DNA of 64,000 nucleotides from Eubacteriales bacterium. GTDB lineage: Bacteria > Bacillota > Clostridia > Oscillospirales > CAG-272. The stretch covers positions 92,638-156,637 of the forward strand of contig JAZSPB010000156.1 of the NCBI GenBank assembly GCA_045537235.1, written 5' to 3'. Below, in pieces: positions 9,459-19,319 of the stretch. Both the position numbers and the translations under genes were made by a program. The notes below the pieces were generated by a model. That model saw only the letters and a list, made by a program, of their open reading frames with translations. It ran no database searches and was not told the origin of the DNA. Each line of letters opens with the position of its first letter. The stretch's first letter is position 1.

Positions 9459-12290
9459 TCACTTATTTAACAACCGAGAAAGGTATTGACCCGTATAGGA
9501 TTTCTCCACCGCAGCAATCTCTTCCGGGGTTCCAACAGCCACTACCGTTCCGCCTTTATCTCCGCCATCCGGACCAAGGTCAATAATATAGTCTGCCGTC
9601 TTTATCACATCCAAATTGTGTTCGATGACCAAAATGGTGTTCCCTGCATCGCAAAACTGCTGCAAGACATTAAGAAGGTTAGCCACATCCGCAGTGTGGA
9701 GTCCCGTGGTCGGCTCATCAAGAATATAGATGGTCTTTCCCGTACTGCGCTTGGAAAGCTCAGTTGCCAATTTGACTCGCTGTGCCTCTCCGCCCGAAAG
9801 GGTTGTGGAAGACTGTCCGATCTTAATATATCCCAATCCCACATCATAGAGGGTCTGCAATCGACGGCGAATCTTTGGAAATCCGTCAAAGAACGTAACG
9901 CCCTCTTCTACCGTCATCTCAAGAATCTCGTAAATATTCTTTCCTTTATACTTGACTTCGAGCGTATCGGCATTATAGCGTCTTCCCTTGCAAACGTCGC
10001 ACTTGACATAAACATCGGGCAAAAAGTGCATCTCGATGCATTTCACACCGTCCCCTTCGCAAGCCTCACAACGTCCGCCTTTTATATTGAAAGAAAAACG
10101 TCCCGATCTATATCCCCTTGCCTTGGCATCGGGTGTCTGAGCAAAAAGCTCGCGAATGTCGGTAAACAGCCCCGTGTAGGTGGCAGGATTGGAACGCGGC
10201 GTTCTTCCGATGGGGCTTTGGTCGATGGCGATCACCTTGTCCAAGTGCTCCATTCCCTCTATGCGGTCATACTTGCCAACCGTAGCGGCATATGCGCCAT
10301 TGAGTTCGGATGCCAACTTGGGATAAATGATACCATTAACCAGCGACGATTTTCCCGATCCGGAAACACCGGTTACGCAAACAAAACATCCCAAGGGAAT
10401 CTTGACATCAATTTGCTTCAAATTGTTTTGTGCGGCACCAAAAACCTCGAGGAACTTGCCGTTCCCTTTTCTTCTCTCTTTGGGAATTTCTATCTTTTTA
10501 CGGCCCGACAAATAAGCTCCTGTTTCGGAAGTCTCTATTTTTTTGATCTCTTCGGGTGACCCGCAAGCTACCACAGTTCCACCGTGAATTCCCGCGCCGG
10601 GACCGATATCCACGATATAATCGGCAGACTCCATTGTCTCTTCGTCATGTTCCACGACTATGACCGTATTGCCCACATCGCGCAACCGTTTTAAAGTAGC
10701 AATCAGTTTAGAGTTGTCTCGCTGATGCAAACCAATACTCGGCTCATCGAGAATATACATGACACCGACAAGTGCCGAACCGATTTGCGTGGCAAGACGA
10801 ATTCGTTGAAGCTCGCCGCCGGAAAGTGTTCCCGCTTTGCGAGACAAGGTCAAATAATCCAACCCTACATTGATTAAGAAGCCCAAGCGTGCGCGAATTT
10901 CTTTGAATATATCTCTGGCAATCATCTGTTCGGTTTCGGTCAGCTTCAAATTGTCAAAGAAAGCCAATGCTTCGGTGACCGAAAGACAACAAAGCTCGTG
11001 GATGTTAAGTCCTCCGACCGTAACAGATGCAGAATTCGCCGAAAGACGGCTTCCATGACATTTTGGACAAACGGTCTGATCAATAAACTGCTCATAATAG
11101 TCGGAATTCATACCTTGCGCCATTCGCTGCTCAATCATTTTGATAAGACCTTCAAATTTGATCTTCTGCTTATATTCCTCATTTCCGAACCAGCGAGAGA
11201 CCGAATACAACTCATTTCCCGTGCCGTAAAGAAGCGCATTCATGGCATTTTCAGAGAAATCCTTGAGCGGCATATCCAATGTAAATCCACACCGCTCTCC
11301 CACCGCGGCAAACAGCGGACCGTTCCAACTTTCCTCCTCCAAGGACTTAAAACCATTGACAGCGATGGCTCCTTCATGGAGGGAAAGCTTTTTGTTGGGG
11401 ATCATCTTCTCCACCGATATCTTGTTCAGCTCACCGATGCCAAGGCAGAAATCACAGGCTCCGGCAGGATTGTTAAAGGAAAACATTCTCGGCTCCAGTT
11501 CGCCAAAGGAAATTCCGTGCTCTTCGCAGGCATAAGATTGGGAAAACTCCAGCTCATAGGCTTCCATCTCACGCGGCATGACCACCACGGTCAAGTGACC
11601 GTCGGCAATATGGAGCGCATTTTCAATCGAATCCGAAAGACGGGAACGAATATCGACACGCATAACCAAACGATCTACAATGATCTCAATCTTATGTTTT
11701 AAATTTTTATCCAGCTTAATGCTTTCTGAAAGATCGTATACACTGCCGTCCACACGAACACGGGAATAACCGCTTTTCTTGGCATCCGAAAAGACCTTCT
11801 CATGCATTCCCTTTTTATCCTTAACCACGGGAGCCAGCACCATAAAACGCTCCCCGTCGGGCAACTCCAAAATGCGATCAATGATCTGATCGGTGCTTTG
11901 CTGGCGAATCTCCTTATGACAAACGGGACAGTGCGGAATACCAATGCGCGCATAAAGCAAACGCAGGTAGTCGTAGATCTCTGTTACGGTTCCCACAGTG
12001 GACCGCGGATTTTTAGAGGTCGTCTTTTGATCAATGGAGATTGCCGGTGACAGTCCCTCGATCAGATCCACGTCGGGCTTATCCATCTGCCCCAAAAACT
12101 GACGGGCATAGGAGGACAAAGATTCCACAAACCGTCTATGCCCTTCGGCATAAAGTGTATCAAATGCCAGTGAGGATTTACCCGACCCCGACAGGCCGGT
12201 CAAAACCACCAGTTTATCCCTTGGAATGGTTACATCTATATTCTTTAAATTATTAACTCTTGCGCCCTTTATTGTAATTTCACTTGCCAT
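9459..12290 (-). CDS. uvrA: Excinuclease ABC subunit A
   Basis: 943 aa with tandem ABC ATPase modules (GLSGSGKSS, GVSGSGKSS, LSGGE signatures) and zinc-finger cysteines. Confidence 0.98.
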   Translation of the reverse strand: MASEITIKGARVNNLKNIDVTIPRDKLVVLTGLSGSGKSSLAFDTLYAEGHRRFVESLSSYARQFLGQMDKPDVDLIEGLSPAISIDQKTTSKNPRSTVGTVTEIYDYLRLLYARIGIPHCPVCHKEIRQQSTDQIIDRILELPDGERFMVLAPVVKDKKGMHEKVFSDAKKSGYSRVRVDGSVYDLSESIKLDKNLKHKIEIIVDRLVMRVDIRSRLSDSIENALHIADGHLTVVVMPREMEAYELEFSQSYACEEHGISFGELEPRMFSFNNPAGACDFCLGIGELNKISVEKMIPNKKLSLHEGAIAVNGFKSLEEESWNGPLFAAVGERCGFTLDMPLKDFSENAMNALLYGTGNELYSVSRWFGNEEYKQKIKFEGLIKMIEQRMAQGMNSDYYEQFIDQTVCPKCHGSRLSANSASVTVGGLNIHELCCLSVTEALAFFDNLKLTETEQMIARDIFKEIRARLGFLINVGLDYLTLSRKAGTLSGGELQRIRLATQIGSALVGVMYILDEPSIGLHQRDNSKLIATLKRLRDVGNTVIVVEHDEETMESADYIVDIGPGAGIHGGTVVACGSPEEIKKIETSETGAYLSGRKKIEIPKERRKGNGKFLEVFGAAQNNLKQIDVKIPLGCFVCVTGVSGSGKSSLVNGIIYPKLASELNGAYAATVGKYDRIEGMEHLDKVIAIDQSPIGRTPRSNPATYTGLFTDIRELFAQTPDAKARGYRSGRFSFNIKGGRCEACEGDGVKCIEMHFLPDVYVKCDVCKGRRYNADTLEVKYKGKNIYEILEMTVEEGVTFFDGFPKIRRRLQTLYDVGLGYIKIGQSSTTLSGGEAQRVKLATELSKRSTGKTIYILDEPTTGLHTADVANLLNVLQQFCDAGNTILVIEHNLDVIKTADYIIDLGPDGGDKGGTVVAVGTPEEIAAVEKSYTGQYLSRLLNK

Positions 12291-12298
12291 GGTTTCTC

Positions 12299-14290
12299 CT
12301 ATTTTTTCTCGGAAAGACTCTTGATCTTATCTCGGTAATAAACAGCCTGCTCAAAATCAAGACGTTTGGCACAATCCTTCATCTTGACCGTAAGCTCGGC
12401 AATCAACTTTTCCTTTTCTTTTTGTGTCAGCTTGCCCGCTTTGGTCTTGGCTTTGATTCGCGGGTTGTCGGAAAGCTCGCCTTGAATACCGATCTCGATC
12501 ACATCGCGAATCCCTTTAGTGATGGTCCGCGGAACAATATTGTTTTTAATATTAAACTCGTTTTGAATGGTACGACGCCGCTCGGTCTCGACAATGGCGC
12601 GGCGCATGGATTCGGTAACGGTATCGGCATACATAATAACCTTACCTTCCGCATTTCTGGCCGCGCGCCCCACGGTCTGGATCAATCCTCGCTCGGCGCG
12701 CAGAAAACCTTCCTTATCGGCATCGAGGATGGCGACCAAAGAGACCTCCGGAATATCCAATCCCTCACGCAGAAGATTGATACCGATCAGCACATCAAAC
12801 ACGCCCAAACGAAGATCGCGTATGATCTCCATGCGTTCGATGGTCTGAACATTATAATGGATATACTTAACCTTAACCCCGTTGGACTCAAAATAATCAC
12901 TCAAATCCTCGGCCATCTTTCGTGTGAGAGTGGTCACCAAAACGCGCTCATTTTTTGCGGCTCTTATTCGGATCTCACCAAGAAGATCGTCCACCTGACC
13001 ACCGATGGGACGCACCTCGATCTTGGGATCGAGAAGTCCTGTGGGACGGATGATCTGCTCGACTACCTGCTCCGAATGCTCCATCTCGTAATCACCCGGC
13101 GTTGCACTGACACACACCACTTGATTGAGCTTACTCTCAAACTCTTCAAAGAAAAGCGGTCGATTATCATAGGCGGATGGCAGGCGAAAACCGTATTCCA
13201 CAAGGTTTTGTTTTCGTGCCCGATCGCCTCCGCTCATTCCGCGCACCTGCGGAAGGGTCATATGCGACTCATCCACAAACAAAATAAAGTCCTTTGGGAA
13301 ATAATCCAAAAGCGTATACGGTGTAGATCCCTTCGGACGACCCGAAAGGATACGGGAATAGTTTTCCACCCCCGAACAAAAACCGACCTCGCGCAACATC
13401 TCCAAGTCGTACTTTACACGTTCTTCGATGCGCTGTGCTTCCAGCAATTTATTCTCTGCGCGGAAGAACTCCACGCGCTCTTTCATTTCCCGCTCGATCT
13501 CTGCCAACGCCACTTCCCGCTTCTCATCGGAAACAGCATAGTGGGATGCAGGATAGATCGGTACATAGGACAATACGCGAACCAGCTCACCCGTCACCAC
13601 ATTGATCTCACTGACACGTTCGATCTCATCTCCCCAAAACTCCACACGAATTGCCTTGTCCGAATTGGAGGCGGGAAATACATCCACGGTATCTCCGTGA
13701 ACTCGGAACTTATCGCGCACGAAATTGAGATCGTTTCGATCATAATTGATCGCAATCAAATGGTGAACAAAATCGTCTCGACTCATCAACATTCCCGGGC
13801 GAACAGCAAGCACCAAATTCTTATATTCCTCGGGATCACCCAGCGAATAAATACAAGAAACACTGGCAACGATGATGACATCTCTGCGCTCAAATAAAGC
13901 CGATGTGGCGCTATGCCGAAGCATATCGATTTCGTCGTTGATCTGCGCATCCTTCTCAATATACATATCCCGTCCGGGGATATAGGCCTCGGGCTGATAA
14001 TAATCATAGTAGGAAACAAAATATTCCACTGCATTTTCGGGAAAGAACTCACGAAATTCCGAACAAAGCTGTGCTGCGAGTATCTTATTATGCGCAAGGA
14101 CAAGGGTAGGACGGTTCACGTTGGCAATCACATTGGCCATGGTGAAGGTCTTACCCGATCCCGTAACACCAAGAAGCGTCTGAATCCGTTCACCCGAAAG
14201 AATGCCTTTGGTCAATGCTTCAATGGCCTCGGGCTGATCACCTGTGGGACGGTATTCGCTATGCAGTTTAAAACGGGGGGATTCTGTCAT
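12299..14290 (-). CDS. uvrB: Excinuclease ABC subunit B
   Basis: 663 aa with helicase motifs ([12 protein letters not shown]) and a C-terminal UVR domain ([16 protein letters not shown]). Confidence 0.98.
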   Translation of the reverse strand: MTESPRFKLHSEYRPTGDQPEAIEALTKGILSGERIQTLLGVTGSGKTFTMANVIANVNRPTLVLAHNKILAAQLCSEFREFFPENAVEYFVSYYDYYQPEAYIPGRDMYIEKDAQINDEIDMLRHSATSALFERRDVIIVASVSCIYSLGDPEEYKNLVLAVRPGMLMSRDDFVHHLIAINYDRNDLNFVRDKFRVHGDTVDVFPASNSDKAIRVEFWGDEIERVSEINVVTGELVRVLSYVPIYPASHYAVSDEKREVALAEIEREMKERVEFFRAENKLLEAQRIEERVKYDLEMLREVGFCSGVENYSRILSGRPKGSTPYTLLDYFPKDFILFVDESHMTLPQVRGMSGGDRARKQNLVEYGFRLPSAYDNRPLFFEEFESKLNQVVCVSATPGDYEMEHSEQVVEQIIRPTGLLDPKIEVRPIGGQVDDLLGEIRIRAAKNERVLVTTLTRKMAEDLSDYFESNGVKVKYIHYNVQTIERMEIIRDLRLGVFDVLIGINLLREGLDIPEVSLVAILDADKEGFLRAERGLIQTVGRAARNAEGKVIMYADTVTESMRRAIVETERRRTIQNEFNIKNNIVPRTITKGIRDVIEIGIQGELSDNPRIKAKTKAGKLTQKEKEKLIAELTVKMKDCAKRLDFEQAVYYRDKIKSLSEKK

Positions 14291-14309
14291 ATTTATCTTT
14301 TATCTCCTA

Positions 14310-15320
14310 TTACAGTTTGTCCTTATCCACTTTTGCAAGGGGGTTCTGACTCATAGCTTTCTCCATGCTTTCATTGCTCACATGGGTATATATCTGCGTA
14401 GTATTAAGTTGTTCATGCCCCAAAATATCCTTGAGCACACGAACATCTACATTTCCCGATTGATACATCAGCGTTGCCGCGGTGTGTCTGAGTTTATGTA
14501 CCGAATAATGCTTGGATTCCAAGCCCGCAAGATCCAAATATTTGTAAACCATCCACTGTACTGTCTTTTCGCTGATCCTTTTTTCCAAGCGACTGAGGAA
14601 AAGTGCATTGGTGTTGATCTTTGTATTTCTTGCCAGCTCCAACCGCTCGGTTATGTGAGGCATCAGCGCATCACGGCAAGCCTCGTTGAGATAAATGATC
14701 CGTTCCTTATTTCCCTTTCCCAGCACGCGAAGTGAGCGAAGATCGCGATCTATGTCATTAATATTGATCCCAACAAGCTCGGACAAACGCATTCCGCAAT
14801 TGAGAAACAAGGTAATAATAGCATAATCGCGAGTTGTGCTTTTGGACTCCTTATCATTTTTTACGGTTTCCAACAAAACCAGTGACTCCTCAAGACTCAA
14901 ATACTTAGGCAAAGACTTTCGCTGTTTAGGCGACTCAATGTTGATCGCCGGATTGTCATCAAAATAGTGTCTTTTTGCCACAAGATATCTGTAAAAGGCT
15001 TTGATAGCAGACAATTTTCTTGCTTTTGACGCATTTTGGTTATTCCTCGTATTGGTTGCGTACATAAGAAAGGCATAGATGTCCTCGGTCTTTACGCTTT
15101 GAACCATTTCCAAATCTACCGAATCGATAGAAACTTCTTCAAACTCCTCTCCGTCGGTAGAAATACCGCAACGGGAGGCAATCAAGAATTTGAAAAAGAT
15201 CTTCAGATCCAAAACATATTCATCCACCGTCTTCGAGGAGCAACCTTGAATTACGGATTTATACGATATAAATTCTTGAATAATGGGGGGATATTGAGTA
15301 TAATCCATCGAATTTTTCAT
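14310..15320 (-). CDS. Tyrosine recombinase, XerC/XerD-like
   Basis: SAM-like N-terminal domain and catalytic motifs NCGMRLSEL, HKLRHTAAT and LGHEQLNTTQIYTHV. I moved the start to the ATG at 15320 (MKNSMDY), preceded by GGAGGTG. Confidence 0.85.
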   Translation of the reverse strand: MKNSMDYTQYPPIIQEFISYKSVIQGCSSKTVDEYVLDLKIFFKFLIASRCGISTDGEEFEEVSIDSVDLEMVQSVKTEDIYAFLMYATNTRNNQNASKARKLSAIKAFYRYLVAKRHYFDDNPAINIESPKQRKSLPKYLSLEESLVLLETVKNDKESKSTTRDYAIITLFLNCGMRLSELVGININDIDRDLRSLRVLGKGNKERIIYLNEACRDALMPHITERLELARNTKINTNALFLSRLEKRISEKTVQWMVYKYLDLAGLESKHYSVHKLRHTAATLMYQSGNVDVRVLKDILGHEQLNTTQIYTHVSNESMEKAMSQNPLAKVDKDKL

Positions 15321-15399
15321 TTTTTGCACCTCCATTATAGTTATTATACAACAACTCTTGATATTTTAGTGGATAAAGTGTAAACTTTTGTCTTTTTTG

Positions 15400-15428
15400 T
15401 TGAAATTCTTTTTCTTTCGCGCTATAAT
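15400..15428 (+). promoter_or_regulatory. Sigma-A promoter for the 176-aa membrane protein gene
   Basis: TTGAAA (15400-15405), 17 nt, TATAAT (15423-15428). Confidence 0.65.
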
Positions 15429-15441
15429 GATGGTACCATCA
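15428..15441. promoter_or_regulatory. Perfect 14-bp palindrome at the transcription start region (candidate operator)
   Basis: TGATGGTACCATCA overlaps the last base of the -10 hexamer. Confidence 0.4.
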
Positions 15442-15461
15442 AAAATAACACGGAGTTATCT

Positions 15462-15992
15462 ATGTTACTGTTTTTAAAAAATCGCTCTTATGAGATTGTC
15501 AGACTTTTTTTAAATCAAATCGCCATTTCTATTTTCGGCTTTTCGCTTAACTTGGCCACAAAAACCAATCACACAGGTCTCAGCGTCGGTACCAGTGTGT
15601 TCTCCATCTTGTTTTATCTCTTCATCACATATGTTATGATGTGGGAGCTGGGCGCCAAGGACAGCCACAAGATTGAAAGACATGACAAAGGTCAATCTCG
15701 TGCTTCCGGTTTTTTCATGGGACTTGTTGCAAGTTCACTGAATTTTATTCTCGCCATTCTTATCATGCTTGGCACTTTGATCCCCGGCATGGGGAATGTG
15801 GGCGGCGTATCGCAGCTTATTGCCCTCCTCACCGAAGGAATGTATTCCGGGCTTCTCTCTCTTAAGATCGGAGGAAGCGCCCTCTCCAGTTTGTGGTTCA
15901 TGTATTTCCTTCTCCCGCTCCCCCGTATCGGCGTCACTACACTGGCTTACTTCGCCGGCAGCAAAAATTTCAAGCTTTTTGGAAAAAAATAA
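15462..15992 (+). CDS. Hypothetical integral membrane protein
   Basis: 176 aa with four to five hydrophobic helices. It has its own promoter and a downstream hairpin. I recognise no family. Confidence 0.6.
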   Translation: MLLFLKNRSYEIVRLFLNQIAISIFGFSLNLATKTNHTGLSVGTSVFSILFYLFITYVMMWELGAKDSHKIERHDKGQSRASGFFMGLVASSLNFILAILIMLGTLIPGMGNVGGVSQLIALLTEGMYSGLLSLKIGGSALSSLWFMYFLLPLPRIGVTTLAYFAGSKNFKLFGKK

Positions 15993-16005
15993 TTCTTACC
16001 TTCAA

Positions 16006-16060
16006 TTCCCCTCTCATTTCGTCTTCATCTAAAAGGCGATATGCAGAGGGGAACTTTTTA
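16006..16060 (+). terminator. Candidate terminator after the membrane protein gene
   Basis: TTCCCCTCT (16006-16014) pairs with AGAGGGGAA (16045-16053) and is followed by CTTTTTATT. The 30-nt loop lowers confidence. Confidence 0.45.
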
Positions 16061-16110
16061 TTCAATCAAAAATTACGGTAAATGCCAAAGATTTAAAAAG
16101 GAAGCAGAAT

Positions 16111-16968
16111 TTAGACCTCTTCAAATTTTGAAACCAGAAAACGCCCTACACTTTCAGCATAAGCCAAAGCATTCGGAACAAGCTCTTGGGGCAATTTTTT
16201 GATGAACCAAAACACCTCGAAAGTCAGATCACCACGGTACCGAACATCTTTTAAGGCGGAAATTATGGCATCCCAATCCAATTTTCCCATAAACGGAACA
16301 AGGTGACGGTCGGCAAGATAATCGGTATCTTGAATATGCAAAGATTGCAGAAGCCCATCTTTCATGCCCAAGATAAAGTCTTCCGGAGACATACCCGTAA
16401 TCGCCGCATGACCAACATCCAAACAGGCAGTAAACCAAGGAGAATCCAATTTCTTAATAAAATTACACAACAATTTGGGTGTGCCCAACCGTCCGAAAAA
16501 CGAATTGCACTTTGTGTTATGCGTAAACAAATTTTCCACTGCTATTTGGATTCCAAACCTTTCGCAATAAGGCTCAAAGCTTTTATAGAAACAAAAATTG
16601 TATTCCTCGAAATCCTCGTTGGCAGGTACCTCCAAGGAGTGGATCACAATATTTTCCGCACCGAGTATGGCGGCAGCTTCTATTGCACGAACCAATGCCC
16701 GATAATTAGACTCGGACACATCCATTTTTTCTCCGTAACGAAAATCAAGCGGAGCATGTGCTTGATTGCAAGCAAGACCGTTTTCATCCAAGCATTTACG
16801 AATCCTTGCCGCATATTCCGCATAGCCGTCTCCTAAAACCGGGGCATCTTTCGGAAACCAATAAAACGAATAATCAACAGCATCAAATCCCGCATCTTTG
16901 ATCAAGCGAAGGGCCTCTTCGTCTCCGAATTTTTCTCTTACAGCATAGGTTTCAATCGACAATTTCAT
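16111..16968 (-). CDS. Sugar phosphate isomerase/epimerase (xylose-isomerase-like TIM barrel)
   Basis: 285 aa with AP-endonuclease-2/TIM-barrel family features (AVENL..., LDVGHA...). It lies 31 nt downstream of the HTH-GH51 gene. Confidence 0.75.
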   Translation of the reverse strand: MKLSIETYAVREKFGDEEALRLIKDAGFDAVDYSFYWFPKDAPVLGDGYAEYAARIRKCLDENGLACNQAHAPLDFRYGEKMDVSESNYRALVRAIEAAAILGAENIVIHSLEVPANEDFEEYNFCFYKSFEPYCERFGIQIAVENLFTHNTKCNSFFGRLGTPKLLCNFIKKLDSPWFTACLDVGHAAITGMSPEDFILGMKDGLLQSLHIQDTDYLADRHLVPFMGKLDWDAIISALKDVRYRGDLTFEVFWFIKKLPQELVPNALAYAESVGRFLVSKFEEV

Positions 16969-16999
16969 AAAAGATCACCTTATTTGTACAAATCGCTTT

Positions 17000-19096
17000 T
17001 TAATACTGTATCAGTGCCATACTGTGTGGCGGCAATTCAAATTCGCACCGCCCTCCGTCTTTGTTAACGGCAATGTCCAGAATTGAAAAATCGGAATGAG
17101 GAAGCAAACAGTCTCCTACATATATCTTAACATTTACCGCTTTTCCCGGATCCTCAAACGAGACTGTCTGCGATTCATCGAATGAAGAATTGACAACCGT
17201 TACTGTGACCTCTCCGTTTTTCTCTGTAGCAACCACACGGTCGGTAGCCAAATGCACTTTGCCGTTCACATGATGCTTCATCAAGGCAAGTGCTTGACCG
17301 GTTGCTGTCAGTGAAACACCTTGCGGCGTAACCTTAATGGCACTTTCATTTACCGCTTCAAACTGGCAGGCAAGTTCAATTCCGCAATTCTGTGCCTCTT
17401 CGATGATCATATGCATCATAAGCGCTGTATAAATACCGTCGATCACACACGAGGGGCGGAACCAAGCATACCAAACATTCCACTCATCAAACGAGATCTT
17501 TACACACCCGTCGACCATTTCATGAATTTCTCGAACATTACTGCGTGCACGTTCCACCGCGCCCATACATCTTTCATATTCTGCCCTCAATTTGGTCATA
17601 TCGGCATATTGAGGTTCTTTATTATAAAAATGAAATGATATGAGAGAGGAAATATCCGAAAGAGGTCTTGCCGAATGGTCTACCCACTCCCGATTCGGAT
17701 ACGGACCCGAAGAACAGAAGGTTAGATTGGGGCAGACCTCAAACATCTTTTTTCCATTCTCTCTTGCAAGACGAGCATATCCGTATGCACTGTTGTCCCC
17801 CTCCATATGCCCATATCCAAACTCATTTCCCAACGACCAAAGCATGACATTGTAAGGCTCCGGATTTCCTCTTTGCGCCCGAAGTTTTCCGTACACGGTG
17901 GTTTCATCACCGTTGCAATATTCAACCCACGCCGCGTTTTCTGCCGGGGTATTCCAAGCAAGATTGATGGTAAGATACGGCTCCGCGCCGATCTCGCGGC
18001 AAAGGGCGATAAAATCATCGGTGTTGATCTCATGAAAATCATATCCTAAAGTATGGGGCTGAGTTTCAAGATTCATGTAGGACTCAAAGGGGGCACGTTC
18101 ATCAACGGGTAACATGCCGTCAAACCAGTTGTATTCTCCGGCGAAATTTCCTCCCGGCCAACGCAGCAGTTTGATGCCGATCTCTTTCATAGCCTCGATC
18201 ACATCCGGACGCATTCCTCTGAAATTGTTAACATTCATCAAAGAAACGCAACCAACCGTCACACATCCTTTTTTCTCAAATGTAATTCGAAAATCGGCCT
18301 CAGAATCGCTGTATTTTGGAGTAAGTACTACCGTTTGACGCTCCCACGCATCTCCCGCGTTCAACCGCAAACATTTTTGAGCATACACATTTTTTCCGCC
18401 TCGCGACGTTATGCTTACCGTAAGCTCCATGTCAACAAAAGCTTGCAAAACCAAGGCGACCTCATAGGACTCGCCGGCAGAAAAAGCTATATCATGCTGA
18501 CCGATCCCGCTCAACTCATCTCGAAAATAATTCGATACGCGTTGGGAATTACACTCAACGTTTCTATGCATATGATAATGCTCTTCGTCATGGTGGGTAT
18601 AGGGTTCCGCAAACGAGCAATAAGTCTTTTCACCGATCACATACCATTCCTTTGCCACCCCCTCCATGGCAGAAGGTTTTCCTACAAATTTTCGATTGCG
18701 AAGCATTTGTGCGGAAAGACCTCCGCACATACAAGAACGCGTATGCTCAAGATTGTTTCCAAAAAGATATGGCGAAACCATTCCCAAGTCGCTCCCTTGT
18801 CCAAACTCGATTCGACAATGCTTTTCAAAAGGACGAATACGCCCCGCATCATTTTTTTGTATGGAGTTGCTGCTCAAAGCCATATTCTCTGCTTTGCCGT
18901 CCATCAGTTGGGCAATACTCACCTTCAATTCAGTGGCGATTCGGTTCAGTAGAGAAACATCAGGGCAACTCAATCCCCTCTCCCACTTAGAAACTGCCTT
19001 TCCCGTAACACCCAGGATCTTTCCAAAATCATCCTGTGTATATCCAAGTGAACTTCTTCGTGTCGCGATAAACTTGCCGATCTTTCTCATGTCCAT
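17000..19096 (-). CDS. XRE-family HTH domain fused to a GH51-like alpha-L-arabinofuranosidase-type glycoside hydrolase
   Basis: N-terminus MDMRKIGKFIATRRSSLGYTQDDFGKILGVTGKAVSKWERGLSCPDVSLLNRIATELKVSIAQL is an HTH_3/XRE domain. The rest carries GH51 hallmarks RWPGGNFAGEYNW, WSLGNEFGYG (acid/base Glu) and ISFDEWNVWY (nucleophile Glu). No signal peptide. I moved the start to the ATG at 19096, preceded by GGGAGG. Confidence 0.8.
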   Translation of the reverse strand: MDMRKIGKFIATRRSSLGYTQDDFGKILGVTGKAVSKWERGLSCPDVSLLNRIATELKVSIAQLMDGKAENMALSSNSIQKNDAGRIRPFEKHCRIEFGQGSDLGMVSPYLFGNNLEHTRSCMCGGLSAQMLRNRKFVGKPSAMEGVAKEWYVIGEKTYCSFAEPYTHHDEEHYHMHRNVECNSQRVSNYFRDELSGIGQHDIAFSAGESYEVALVLQAFVDMELTVSITSRGGKNVYAQKCLRLNAGDAWERQTVVLTPKYSDSEADFRITFEKKGCVTVGCVSLMNVNNFRGMRPDVIEAMKEIGIKLLRWPGGNFAGEYNWFDGMLPVDERAPFESYMNLETQPHTLGYDFHEINTDDFIALCREIGAEPYLTINLAWNTPAENAAWVEYCNGDETTVYGKLRAQRGNPEPYNVMLWSLGNEFGYGHMEGDNSAYGYARLARENGKKMFEVCPNLTFCSSGPYPNREWVDHSARPLSDISSLISFHFYNKEPQYADMTKLRAEYERCMGAVERARSNVREIHEMVDGCVKISFDEWNVWYAWFRPSCVIDGIYTALMMHMIIEEAQNCGIELACQFEAVNESAIKVTPQGVSLTATGQALALMKHHVNGKVHLATDRVVATEKNGEVTVTVVNSSFDESQTVSFEDPGKAVNVKIYVGDCLLPHSDFSILDIAVNKDGGRCEFELPPHSMALIQY

Positions 19097-19153
19097 AGCT
19101 TCGTTTCCTCCCAAGCATATATTTTGTGCAACCGCACATATGATCTTGATTTC

Positions 19154-19182
19154 ATTATAATATGCTTTTTAAGGTTTGTCAA
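19154..19182 (-). promoter_or_regulatory. Consensus sigma-A promoter of the HTH-GH51 gene
   Basis: Minus strand: TTGACA (19182-19177), 17 nt, TATAAT (19159-19154). Confidence 0.7.
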
Positions 19183-19261
19183 TCGACTGTCGGTTTCCTT
19201 GATTAGAGCGTGGCACGGGGTGGCACACATTTTTGTCCCCGTGCAAGTTTTAAAAGTGGCG

Positions 19262-19296
19262 AAAACCTCCTATGGCTTTGGTGCCAAGGGAGGTTT
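19262..19296 (-). terminator. Candidate terminator after yebC
   Basis: Minus strand: AAACCTCC, 18-nt loop, GGAGGTTT, then T. The U-tail is short. Confidence 0.4.
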
Positions 19297-19319
19297 ACGG
19301 TCAAATTCTATTTTAATGA

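Noticed and set aside
12284-13897. Long antisense ORFs opposite other well-supported genes. These are 12284-13897 (uvrB), 1381-2844 (dnaJ/prmA), 22313-23527 (recN), 24570-25805 (nadK/tlyA), 32912-33988 (dac/HAD), 43233-44117 (ABC), 46932-48023 (esterase) and 60465-61595 (lipoprotein).
   Set aside because: Each lies fully within a gene with strong family motifs on the other strand. All lack recognisable motifs and RBSs and show skewed composition, as expected for shadow frames in a genome with stop-poor antisense frames.
15336-15461. A second inverton next to the Xer-like recombinase at 14310-15320.
   Set aside because: A good promoter is present, but I found no inverted repeats flanking it. 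The only dyad is the short 14-bp palindrome, which is local and operator-like rather than a pair of distant IRs.
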